DNA of 20,000 nucleotides, from positions 48,542-68,541 of the forward strand of contig ML992530.1 in the NCBI GenBank assembly GCA_010093995.1, written 5' to 3'. A program made the position numbers and the translations under genes. This DNA is from Elsinoe ampelina (taxonomy: Eukaryota). Below, one piece after another: positions 10,975 to 20,000 of the stretch (position 1 is its first letter; each line of letters starts with the position of its first letter). A model generated the notes under the pieces. That model was not told the DNA's origin and ran no database searches. It worked only from the letters and a program-made list of their open reading frames with translations.

Positions 10975-11055
10975 CGACTGATGCAGGACTCGAACCTGCA
11001 GCCTCTCGTACGTCCTATACCGGAAACGAGTGCGCTACCATTGCGCCAACCAGTC
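10975..11055 (-). tRNA. tRNA-Arg (anticodon CCG) with a 9-nt intron
   Basis: Reverse complement folds as a cloverleaf: acceptor GACTGGT/ATCAGTC plus discriminator G; D arm GCGC-AATGGTA-GCGC; anticodon stem CTCGT/ACGAG with loop TT-CCG-G-[intron TATAGGACG, 11019-11011]-T; T arm GCAGG-TTCGAGT-CCTGC. Mature length 72 nt. Confidence 0.95.
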
Positions 11056-11116
11056 TAGAGGTCTATACCATTGAATTGGAGGTGTTGTGAGACGAATTCA
11101 ACGTGAGGTGGCAAAT

Positions 11117-11952
11117 TCATGAATATATGAAGCCAGCGGCGGCGAGCAAGCCAATCTTGCAGTTGGGCGCGGGGTAGCGGCGTGAGCTGGTCCAGGTAGT
11201 CATCTTTGCTTCGTTGTAGACCAGTCGAATGACGTCCTTGGTGCAAACGTCGATAAGAGATATGAGACCAGGTTCCAGCATGGGAGTACTGATTCGATCT
11301 AGGGCTCCGTTTGGCTTGTAGAGCTGACATCCGTACATCTCTTGGGATGTCCATATCTCCCTCCTCGGAGCACAGCATCTGTGAGTCTGTCGTATCATGT
11401 CAGGGTATGCTTGAGGATCCAAGCGAAGCGAAACAGCCACCTGACCTGGAACGGCGCAGTAGCCACGTCCAATGCCGTCGGTGAGATCGAGCGTGACCTT
11501 TCCAACAGTAAATCGTAGACCTGGAAAGCTGTGGAGGTCAATCGATCAAATCTCGGTGTTGCGCTGGCATCTGGACCCTTAGTGAGAGTAGACGGCGAGC
11601 AAAACGTCAAGGCGGCGCTTGCCAGTGCAGGATCCCATAGCGAAGCAGTAAGAGCTCTGAAAGAGCAGGGATGTTCTTGTCATAGGTGTTTGGGCGTGCT
11701 CAAGACCGTAGTCGTCGTTGTCAGGGACAGCTTGGTGGTGGGTATATCTCCATTTCCAAAGTGCAGCCGAGGATCCCATGGACCGCTGCGCAGAGAACTA
11801 TGCCAACGCCCTGCATACGTCTCCTCGCAGCGCACACAGTAGGTAGCCGAACTGTCCTCGCTCATTTTTGAGTGGCTGAACTGTAACTTGGTAGCTCCTG
11901 GTGGCAGTCGATTGAAGAGGAGGGCAGAGCTATGGGACGCTCCAGGGGACAA
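11117..11952 (-). pseudogene. Possible degenerate or poorly resolved orphan gene upstream of the tRNA
   Basis: ORFs 11680-11952 and 11395-11610 are in one frame, separated only by TGA at 11680-11682. An intron-like GTCAGG..CTGAC..ACAG (about 11444-11386) would link to the 11117 frame. No homology recognised. Confidence 0.25.
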
Positions 11953-12520
11953 AGCAGGAGTTGTAGAGCCTCTTGGGAACGTCGAAGGACTACTCCGGTA
12001 TCGTCAGCATCAAAAGTGATATTTGGAGGCACCAGTTGTGGTAGTTACGTAAGGTGTCACGTCGCCACCCGAGATGCTGTACGGAGGGAAAGCTTGTGGA
12101 AAAGGATGCAATTTGCGAACACGAAAACCTACGTGTGGATTTGATTGGATACAAGTCTTTGTCACATGCCGAGCAGTTTTCGTGGTCTGGCTTGTCACAT
12201 GTTGAGTTGTGGTGGAAAGAGGAGTGGTGAAGCCCAGGTCAAAAACTACCAGAAGACGCCCCATAGGATCACGCAAGCAACCATTTTCACAATTCCGACC
12301 CGAACACAAGCAATCATCTTCACACTTCCGACAAGAAGCGAGGGAATCAATTTCGAGAATGGAGAAGACATACTTCGGTATCCCAAAGACTAGCATTGAA
12401 TGCTGAACATCGCACCTACCAGAGATCCAACATCAGATCATCACTTTCCACACAAGATGCACCACCATCCCTTCTCAGAACCTCATGGACATTACATCGG
12501 AATTTACCCCTACAACCAAT

Positions 12521-14725
12521 CTACCCAAACACCTCCAGCTGAAAGAAATACTCCACCTCACTCCCATCCTCCCTCCCCCTCAGCGTCATCTCATGACAAA
12601 GATCCGCCAACTGCGCCCCAATCACCGGCGCCCCACAGAAGAACACCCCGACCCTCCTTCTCCGCTTCTTATCCCTACTAAATAAATCCGACATCTCCTT
12701 ATAATGCTCATCGAAAATCCTCGGAAAGTCCGGCCTCCCGAAATGCGTCGGCGCGATTAACCCCGTGAGTGGCGACATAGGCTGGCTCTCGGTCCTATGC
12801 TGCTCGAGGAGCCATCGGAAGACATGCTGGCTGATGTCGGTGCGCTTCTTGGTGAGGTGGTTGTGGATGCGGACGTCGAGGTTGGGGGAGTGTGAGCCGG
12901 AGGAGATGTGGTTGAGGAGGTCGGAGAACCAGGAGAGGTAGTTCTTGTCGCGGACGATCCAGTGGAAATCGACGCGGCGGTACATGGCGAGGTCGATGTG
13001 GCGGTTGTTGGGCAGGTGGGAGACTTCGCGGACGAGGGAGGGGTGGTGGTCGGTCTGTGGCACTGAGAGGTTGTTGGGCTTCTCGGTGTCGGGAGAAGGT
13101 GAGTCTGCCACTTTGGAGGGTTGGCGGTCGGGGTCTGCGAGGGTGTCGGCGTCTTTCTCGGACTCTGTTGGGATGACGGAGCGGCTGCGTGATCGGGCCG
13201 GAACTATAGATGCAAGACTTCGACGACGATTGCGGCGAGCGAGACGCTCTTCGTTGGACTCATTGGAAGACGTCGAGTCCCGGCGAGAGGTAACCCATCG
13301 ATGGTCTTCACGGTGCTGCAGATCGTTCAAGATACCGGAGAATGGTGTTACACCAATGCCAGCACCAACAATGATGGTCTGGTCGAAATCGTAGAAGCGT
13401 TGCGCGGGAGCGCCGTACGGACCATCAATTCCGACGAATCTGAGGTCCTGGAGGTCACGGAGCTTGCCGGTCCAGTTGCCATCGGTCTTGATGTGCAGCT
13501 GCATTTCACGGCCGACGCAAGTCGAGATGGTGAACGGATGCCACTGAAAGAACGAAAGTTGTGGGACCTGGAGGAAAATATACTGTCCTGCCTCGTAATT
13601 CCAGATCTTCCTTTTGGGGATGGTGCATGTAATTTGTACGGTCTCGTCATCCAGGACCTCGAGCCGAGCAGGCACCCGCCAGAAGCCGCTGACAATTCTG
13701 GTAGTTCGTTCGATGATGATGAGGACCGTTGGGAACGCCAGAACGAATCCGAGCACGGGATACTGCAACAGCGCCAGACCGCCATGTGCCATCAGCAGAC
13801 CGATGAATGGAAACATTAGCAAGTGGCCAATTTGGAAAATCTCATACGACCACTTTCGGACGTACGGCATGCTGAGTAGCGAGATTGTCCAGAGTATTCC
13901 GAGCGCCGTCAGACCGCTCCAACCTGGTAGTGATCGGATGTACGCGACATATGGGCGGGGAACAGCATCTGGCCCAAGCAAGGCACCCACAGCATCCTGT
14001 CGACGAGGCCGGCTGCCGAAGACGAACGTGCCGCTGAGATGGCCGATGGCGTGAAGTGTCGCAAGAGACAGGGCCGCCATCGAAATCTTGATGTGGAACG
14101 ACTGACTTCGGTCCCAATTGATGAACCTCGAGATATAGTAGAAGCGGCGCATGAATGTCGAATACCATCTAGACATGCTCAGGAGCAGAAAGAACAGCGT
14201 CGGATACAATGCTCCAGCGCAAAACTTTGCTAGCGCCACACCCCAGCCGAAGGCTGCCTGGATGTCTGGATTGAGAGCGTACTTGAGGCATTGCCAGATT
14301 CCGAGACCAAGTTGTAGGCCGACCACCGTGATTAAGAAAATATACTCCGGGCCCTGGACTTCCCAAGCAGCTCGAATTCTCCGCCCCCAGCCCACGTTGT
14401 CGAGATAGTGATCATTGTCGTCCTCATTCTTCTTCTCCTGTTGCAATGACGGTAGGTTCCATGACTTGACGATTTGTTTGAAGTCATTGACAAGGATCTT
14501 GTCCTTCTCTGAGCCCATCATTCCCCGTAAGAATTCATGTCGCTGTTCATCCTTCCTTGATGGGTGATTGAATGAGAACTCCTCAGGGTTTGGCAGCAGC
14601 TCTTTGTAGACAACATCAAGCTTATGCTCCAATTCAGCATATGAGATGCATCCATCCTGGTCCTTATCTAGAGCCTTGACAAAATCGTCAATCTCCTTGT
14701 CGTTCAGAGGCTGGATCTCCGCCAT
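12521..14725 (-). CDS. noxC: NADPH oxidase with N-terminal EF-hand (fungal NoxC/Nox3, NOX5/RBOH-like architecture), 734 aa, uninterrupted CDS
   Basis: EF-hand DKDQDGCISYAE. Ferric-reductase-like TM domain with heme His pairs (FHIKISMAALSLATLH; GHLLMFPFIGLLMAH). FAD motif QWHPFTIS, then IDGPYG, NADPH motif GAGIGVTPF, VGVFFCGAP and terminal EVFG. Confidence 0.93.
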   Translation of the reverse strand: MAEIQPLNDKEIDDFVKALDKDQDGCISYAELEHKLDVVYKELLPNPEEFSFNHPSRKDEQRHEFLRGMMGSEKDKILVNDFKQIVKSWNLPSLQQEKKNEDDNDHYLDNVGWGRRIRAAWEVQGPEYIFLITVVGLQLGLGIWQCLKYALNPDIQAAFGWGVALAKFCAGALYPTLFFLLLSMSRWYSTFMRRFYYISRFINWDRSQSFHIKISMAALSLATLHAIGHLSGTFVFGSRPRRQDAVGALLGPDAVPRPYVAYIRSLPGWSGLTALGILWTISLLSMPYVRKWSYEIFQIGHLLMFPFIGLLMAHGGLALLQYPVLGFVLAFPTVLIIIERTTRIVSGFWRVPARLEVLDDETVQITCTIPKRKIWNYEAGQYIFLQVPQLSFFQWHPFTISTCVGREMQLHIKTDGNWTGKLRDLQDLRFVGIDGPYGAPAQRFYDFDQTIIVGAGIGVTPFSGILNDLQHREDHRWVTSRRDSTSSNESNEERLARRNRRRSLASIVPARSRSRSVIPTESEKDADTLADPDRQPSKVADSPSPDTEKPNNLSVPQTDHHPSLVREVSHLPNNRHIDLAMYRRVDFHWIVRDKNYLSWFSDLLNHISSGSHSPNLDVRIHNHLTKKRTDISQHVFRWLLEQHRTESQPMSPLTGLIAPTHFGRPDFPRIFDEHYKEMSDLFSRDKKRRRRVGVFFCGAPVIGAQLADLCHEMTLRGREDGSEVEYFFQLEVFG

Positions 14726-14728
14726 GAT

Positions 14729-14891
14729 CTGTGGTCAGTAAACAACAAAGGTGAAAGAAAAGTGAAGTCTCTAGTCTTGTTATATGAGACGGCACAGGAC
14801 CAAGCGCTGAGAGTCTTGTCCTCTCACAGCCTGTGACAGCGAGCGACGTGCTCAGGCCGCGACGACACTGGTAGGATATATGCAGACCTAC
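14729..14891 (-). other. Probable 5'-UTR intron of noxC (163 nt)
   Basis: On the minus strand, ACTGAC-CACAG (branch and acceptor) lies 3 nt before the ATG, and a GTAGGT donor starts at 14891. The upstream exon has no in-frame ATG before a TGA. Confidence 0.45.
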
Positions 14892-15431
14892 CGTGACATC
14901 ACGCACGAGAAACTGTTCCGGACAAGCCACTGGTCCCTTGGAGAGTTTGAAAGGTCAACCTTCAAGGAACCTTACCACGCTTTCCAGAGCGGTCCGTTGG
15001 CGATTAACATTGGCGAGGGCGGAAGACGATCGCGTTGAGACATGGCCGGAGGAGGCCAAGAGCTGGGCCAAGGAGTGTATTCCTACCAGTGACGTAGTCC
15101 GGCGGCAGGAAGCATATTAGAAAGGTCCATCCACACCTTGACGGCCTTGGCTGCACGTGTCATTTCGATCCAATCAGGAAACCTTGATCAGATTGCAGCC
15201 GTCCGCAACAATTTGAGCAGAAATTTGTTGTGGAAGATGGTGTAGAGAGGAAAATTAACAAGTGAGCTGCAAGAATTGACGGGCAGGTGGTGGCGTGGAC
15301 CTCGGCTAGAGAATGCGGCTCCGCTTTGTAGATCTGCTTTGCTTCGACCGAAGCATCCGCTGCTACCTCTGTCCACAAAAGCAGTAGATCATCCTTGAAT
15401 GGCCTGTGATTGACTCGCCTTCAACAATGAG

Positions 15432-17006
15432 ATGAGAAGAGTGGTAGTGACTGGTCTTGGAGCCGTCACGCCTCTTGGTGTTGGTAGGACATCCACATTC
15501 GATGCTCAAGCTTGTCTAATGGAGCGAAGGAATAAGAAGAACATGGAAACGTCTGCTTGACGGTGATTGCGGTGTCCAGTCACTCAAGGAAAGGACAAAT
15601 TTTGCGGGTCTCCCAAGTCAAGTCGCCGCGATTGTGCCAAAACATGGTGGACTTGAGGCAGGGGCATGGGACCCGAGGGACTGGTTACTACCAGGTGTAT
15701 GTGGCTGCACAGGTACTCGATCCCCTCTCTGACAACTCAGGACGAACGCAAAATGGCTACATTCGCACAATATGCAATGGCAGCCGCACAAGAAGCCTTG
15801 AAAGACGCAGAGTGGTCACCGAAACGTGAGGAAGATCTCCGCTCCACCGTACGGATTTTAAGGATCATCGCAGCTCCCACTAACAGCATCTCAGGGAGTG
15901 TACATCGGGTCAGGTATAGGATCTCTCGATGATGCGTACGACACAGCAGTCGCATTCAACGATGGGGTAAGATAGTGACACGCGAAACCGGTCCGCATCT
16001 GACTTCTGCAAGGGCTATCGGAAGGTATCACCACTCTTTGTTCCGCGTCTGCTCATCAATCTTGCCGGCGGCCACATTTCCATGCGGTACGGTTTCAAAG
16101 GTCCCAACCATGCAGCAACGACGGCCTGTACAACGGGCCTGCACGCCATTGGCGACGCAGCCAGGCTTATCTCGTTCGATGACGCCGACGTTATGGTCGC
16201 AGGGGGTGCAGAGTCATGTATCCACCCGCTCGCGATTGCAGGTTTTGCTCGAGCACGGAGTCTCTCGACTGCGTTCAACGATTCGCCAATGGAGGCGTCG
16301 AGGCCTTTCGATAGAAGGCGAGACGGCTTCGTGATCGGAGAGGGGGCAGGCGTCGTGGTTCTCGAAGTACAAGATTCCTGCAGACAGATCAAACCACTAC
16401 TAACAACGTCAAAGGAGCTCGAGCACGCAAAAACACGCGGAGCGAAGATCTATGCAGAAGTCAAAGGGTATGGGCTCTCATCAGATGCCCATCATATGAC
16501 AGCACCACGGGAAGACGGCGAGGGTCCTCTTCTAGCCATGAAGAAAGCTCTAAAGCATGCCGGGCTTCCTCCCTCAGCCGTCGACTACATCAACGCTCAC
16601 GCCACATCCACCCCGCTTGGTGATGCTGCTGAGAACGCCGCCATCAAGACGATCATGCTTGGAGAACAGGGACTGAGCAAATCCTCTGACGTCAAGGTCA
16701 GTAGCACAAAGGGTGCCATTGGTCATTTGCTAGGTGCTGCAGGAGCTGTCGAGGCAATCTTTGCGATGCTTGCGGTCCATGAAGTGAGTTGCGCCCCTTC
16801 TGAAGAAATTGATCCAGTCGCTGACTACGCAGAACGTTTTGCCACCGACTATCAATCTCGACCAGCCTGGTGACCCTCCTGAAAACTTCAACTGCAATTA
16901 TATACCCAACCGTGCTCAGCAGCGTGAGGTCAAGGTCGCATTGTCTAACTCATTCGGATTCGGCGGTACCAATGCGAGTCTGTGTCTAGCAAAGTATACA
17001 GGATAG
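15432..17006 (+). CDS. CEM1: Mitochondrial 3-oxoacyl-[ACP] synthase (FabF/KAS II type, CEM1/OXSM), 431 aa, 7 exons (15432-15483, 15530-15696, 15741-15848, 15895-15966, 16013-16366, 16415-16783, 16833-17006)
   Basis: [16 protein letters not shown] start, GVYIGSGIG, catalytic Cys in [13 protein letters not shown], His residues in YINAHATST and [12 protein letters not shown], and [13 protein letters not shown]. Six GT-AG introns of 46, 44, 46, 46, 48 and 49 nt with CTAAY/CTGAC branch points restore one 1296-nt frame. Confidence 0.95.
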
Positions 17007-18627
17007 CATTAAACAATGCATTTTATATGAATCAAAGCAGTACCCTAATGGCCATGTAGCGGCCAGAACCGATATTCGTGATGCAGATCCACTTTGCGGC
17101 AGCCAGATCTCAGGCTAAAAAGCTTCAATCTGACATAATGGAATACACTTCTTACAGTCGAATTCGCTTCAAACGAGCCACCCCCGGGCTTGGCGATAGT
17201 TTGTGCCGACTTCGCATTACCAAAATTTAGTAGCTAGAGGTCGAGAGAAAATATAGATAGTAATTGCTCGTCACTAATGCTGAATTAAGCAAAAATTGAA
17301 GCTAAAATAAGGTATAATAGAGCACTAGTATAGATTAAGCTAGTAGTTATAGCTTATAAGCGTACTACTATATAGACTAGCTATTATACTAGCTATATAA
17401 AGAGACTCTCTAGAGTAGCATAGGAGGCAATAGAGATAGACTCTAGTCTTCTAGTGTTATTACTACTATTATTACTACTAGTAAGACAATTATTATAGTT
17501 ACTAACTCTCTCCTTAAGCTCTCTAGATAAGGTAGAGAAGTATCTCTACTAAGGACTAATAATTAGGCTATATACTCTAGTACCTTAAGTACCTCTAGTA
17601 GTAGCTTATCTAAGTGTTCTAAATACTAACTAAGCTCTTAAGCGACTTACTAAGTAAGCTAGACACTATACCTTCTAAGCTATAGTATAACTAGTACACT
17701 TCTAGATTAGATTAACACTAGTAAGAGACTAGCTAAGGTAGTTAGTTAAAGAGGTAAATATAATATAAGAGAAGGCTATATAAGTACTAGAGTTATTATA
17801 GATACTAGAGTTACTAGAGAGTAATCTAGATAACTTAGATACTCTATATTATAGTTATAAGGTAGAGGTAAAGTTAGTAGTAAAGTAAGGTAGTAAGACG
17901 CTATTTAATAATAAGTATATATTTAAGAAAGCTATTAATATTAGCTAGTTATTAATCTTAGAGTAGTTACTAGAGAAGGCTAGCCTTATTACTTAAGCTT
18001 AACTTAAGCTACTTATTATTAAGTACTCTACTACCTATAAAGGTCTTAGTTATAGTAACATATAGAAATTAGCCTTCTTCTAGCTAGCTAAGATATAAAG
18101 GCTAGTTAATAAGCTTATAGAGTAGCTTAAAGAAGGCTACTAGTTACTTAAAGTTAGCTTTATAGCTAAGATAAAAAAATCTATAGCTACTATAAACTCT
18201 ATACTACCTCTTTAAGTAGTATAGCTAGTACTAACTATACTAGTTCTAAGCTCTTTAATAGTACCTCTACTAAGGCCTTTATAGTTTTTAAGCCTTAGAC
18301 TAGCTCTAGTAAGGTAAACTATAGTTTTAGTTATATTAGTACTACTATAGTTATAATCTTTATAAAGCTAAGAGTTAGTAATAAGCTAGTTATAAGGAGC
18401 ACTTAAAGGCATAAATAGTAATAAGGAGCTAGACTTAGAGAGCTTATAAAGTTATAGTAATTGTAGCTATACTAACTATTAAGGCCTTTACTAGTATACT
18501 ATAACTAGTAAGTACTAATAAGTCTCTATAGTAGATAAACTTACTTAGTTTAGTACTATTTATAATAGTAGAGCCTTACTTAAGTAACTCTCTCTAGGCC
18601 TTACTCTATTACTTAATTAGAGTAAGC

Positions 18628-19048
18628 TAGGGTAGTTAGTAGGTAATATTAAGTAGGTTATAGTTTCGTGTTATTTTCGTGTCTTTCTAGAATTACACGC
18701 GATAGAGTAGTTTTTTTTAAAAATTTTATATTAGTAAAATATAGAGAATTAAATTCTACGCGTAATGATATATATAATGCTTACGTAATACTAAACCTCA
18801 ATTTTTAAATCACAAAAAAACGTTTTTCCCTACCTAATCTATTGCTTACGTAATACTATAATATATTAAAATATAGAAAAATTTTTAAGGATTCTAATAA
18901 TATAATTTTTTTAGTCTATATACTATTATTTACACGTAAAAATGCGAAAAGAAGTAAAAATTATATAAAATTTTTAAGGGTAATATAACTCTATAGAGTT
19001 AGAGAGGATTAGTAAGACCCTACTCTACCCTACCCTATAACTACCCTA
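18628..19048. mobile_element. Non-autonomous hAT-type DNA transposon (MITE), 421 bp, nested in the RIP block
   Basis: Perfect 11-bp TIRs TAGGGTAGTTA (18628-18638) and TAACTACCCTA (19038-19048), flanked by an exact 8-bp duplication GAGTAAGC (18620-18627, 19049-19056). The interior differs from the flanks in having A/T homopolymers and retained CpG. Confidence 0.85.
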
Positions 19049-19503
19049 GAGTAAGCTATATAGTATAAGAAGTATCTCTTTAAGCACTTCTCTAATACCT
19101 CTAATACTAATACTAGCGCTACTAGTACTATTAGTACCTTTAATAACTCTTATTAACTATATTAATATTACTAATATAATTACTCTAAGCTCTTATATAC
19201 GCTCTATACCTTCTTCTACTAATATAAGATTCTTACCTATTACTTTAGAGACTAATCCCTATAAGGTATTAACTAAATTTTTTAACTAGTTAAAGAGTAA
19301 AAGAAGCTTTAGAAGTAATATTAAGCTATTATCTTAGGTTAAATTTAAGCTAAAAAAGGAGAACTATAATCTTAATAGAGTAAGAGGTATTTACGTAGAT
19401 AGATAGAGAGATACCTAGGCCTTTAATAAAGACCTTCTTTACTAGATTTAATACTAAATAAGCCTCTTTAAGTACTAGTACTACGCTAAGATACTTAAAA
19501 GAG

Positions 19504-19688
19504 CTAGGGTAGATTAATATAAGTAATATTAGTGCCTATCTTAGTAGCTAAACTAGATAAGCTACCTATTTTATAGCTTAGCTAAATAGCTATTTTACTA
19601 GCTAAAATAGGTAGCTTATTCTTACTAGCTAGCAAATTAAGTATTAATCTAGTTTAGCTACTAAGGTAGATTAATTAATCTAACTTAG
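19504..19688. repeat. Nested imperfect inverted repeat, probable foldback or MITE remnant (~185 bp)
   Basis: Three nested arm pairs: 19557-19573/19603-19619 (17/17), 19536-19558/19647-19669 (22/23) and 19504-19518/19674-19688 (13/15). Confidence 0.65.
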
Positions 19689-20000
19689 AGAGGTATAAAG
19701 ATAGTATAGAGAGGAGAGAGAGTAGCTATAAAGAGTTTTTACTATTTCTTAGTATTAAATTATTTAATATAAGTAATCTCTTATAAGCTAATATAGATCT
19801 CCTATAACCTTATACTATATCTATGTTATAAACTGTCTAAATATAGCCTACGCTAGTAGTCTAAGCTAAGCTAAGAACAAGGTAGTTCTACTTCTATAGT
19901 AGTATAGCACTAAGGTAAGAGTTAGAGAAGGTATATCTTATAGATAATAAAGTACAATTAGATAGTATTATAAAGGCTAGCCTTAGTAATACTAGTGTTT

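Larger units (their letters stand above)
17225..20000. mobile_element. RIP-degraded transposable-element block (AT-rich compartment); family not identifiable; runs off the window edge
   Basis: Abrupt GC drop, near absence of CpA/TpG, strong excess of TpA (TAG, CTA, TAA) and no ORF in the track. This is the classic repeat-induced point mutation signature. Confidence 0.9.

Noticed and set aside
2600..11055. Functional link between the putative queuine transporter and the nearby tRNA
   Set aside because: Queuosine modifies only GUN-anticodon tRNAs (Asp, Asn, His, Tyr); this tRNA is Arg(CCG).
4100..12400. Starship, Crypton or endogenous viral element
   Set aside because: No tyrosine-recombinase, capsid, polymerase or helicase motifs and no terminal repeats were recognised.
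12945..14408. Several 85-172 aa ORFs overlapping or antisense to noxC
   Set aside because: Shadows of a long GC-rich CDS.
15432..17006. Ketosynthase as part of a PKS or secondary-metabolite cluster
   Set aside because: It is a stand-alone 431-aa FabF-type enzyme matching mitochondrial CEM1. There are no AT/ACP domains or tailoring genes nearby.
17225..20000. CRISPR array, telomeric repeat, organellar insertion or alternative genetic code
   Set aside because: No regular repeat-spacer period and no TTAGGG array (the TAGGG units belong to the MITE ends). Specific CpA/TpG loss is explained by RIP.

Overview
Eukaryotic DNA from a filamentous ascomycete. Short introns (mostly 44-57 nt) with CTRAC branch points and a RIP-degraded AT-rich block suggest a Dothideomycete-type two-compartment genome; the taxon is an inference. 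Three conserved genes are recognisable: an SLC35F/DUF914 transporter (2600-3829 +), an EF-hand NADPH oxidase NoxC/Nox3 (12521-14725 -) and the 7-exon mitochondrial beta-ketoacyl-ACP synthase CEM1 (15432-17006 +). There is also a 2-exon Ser/Pro-rich hypothetical gene (251-1315 +) and an intron-containing tRNA-Arg(CCG) (10975-11055 -). Between the transporter and noxC lies an ~8 kb block with no recognisable conserved protein. It holds a 4-exon 478-aa gene, a 6-exon 209-aa gene invisible in the ORF track, a C2H2-finger gene split by one in-frame stop (GC-AG intron or RIP-type lesion), and a possible pseudogene. From ~17225 to the end the sequence is heavily RIP-mutated repeat DNA. It contains a 421-bp hAT-type MITE (11-bp TIRs, 8-bp TSD) and a second ~185-bp foldback element. 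No new system can be proven from sequence alone; the orphan block around the tRNA is the best candidate.
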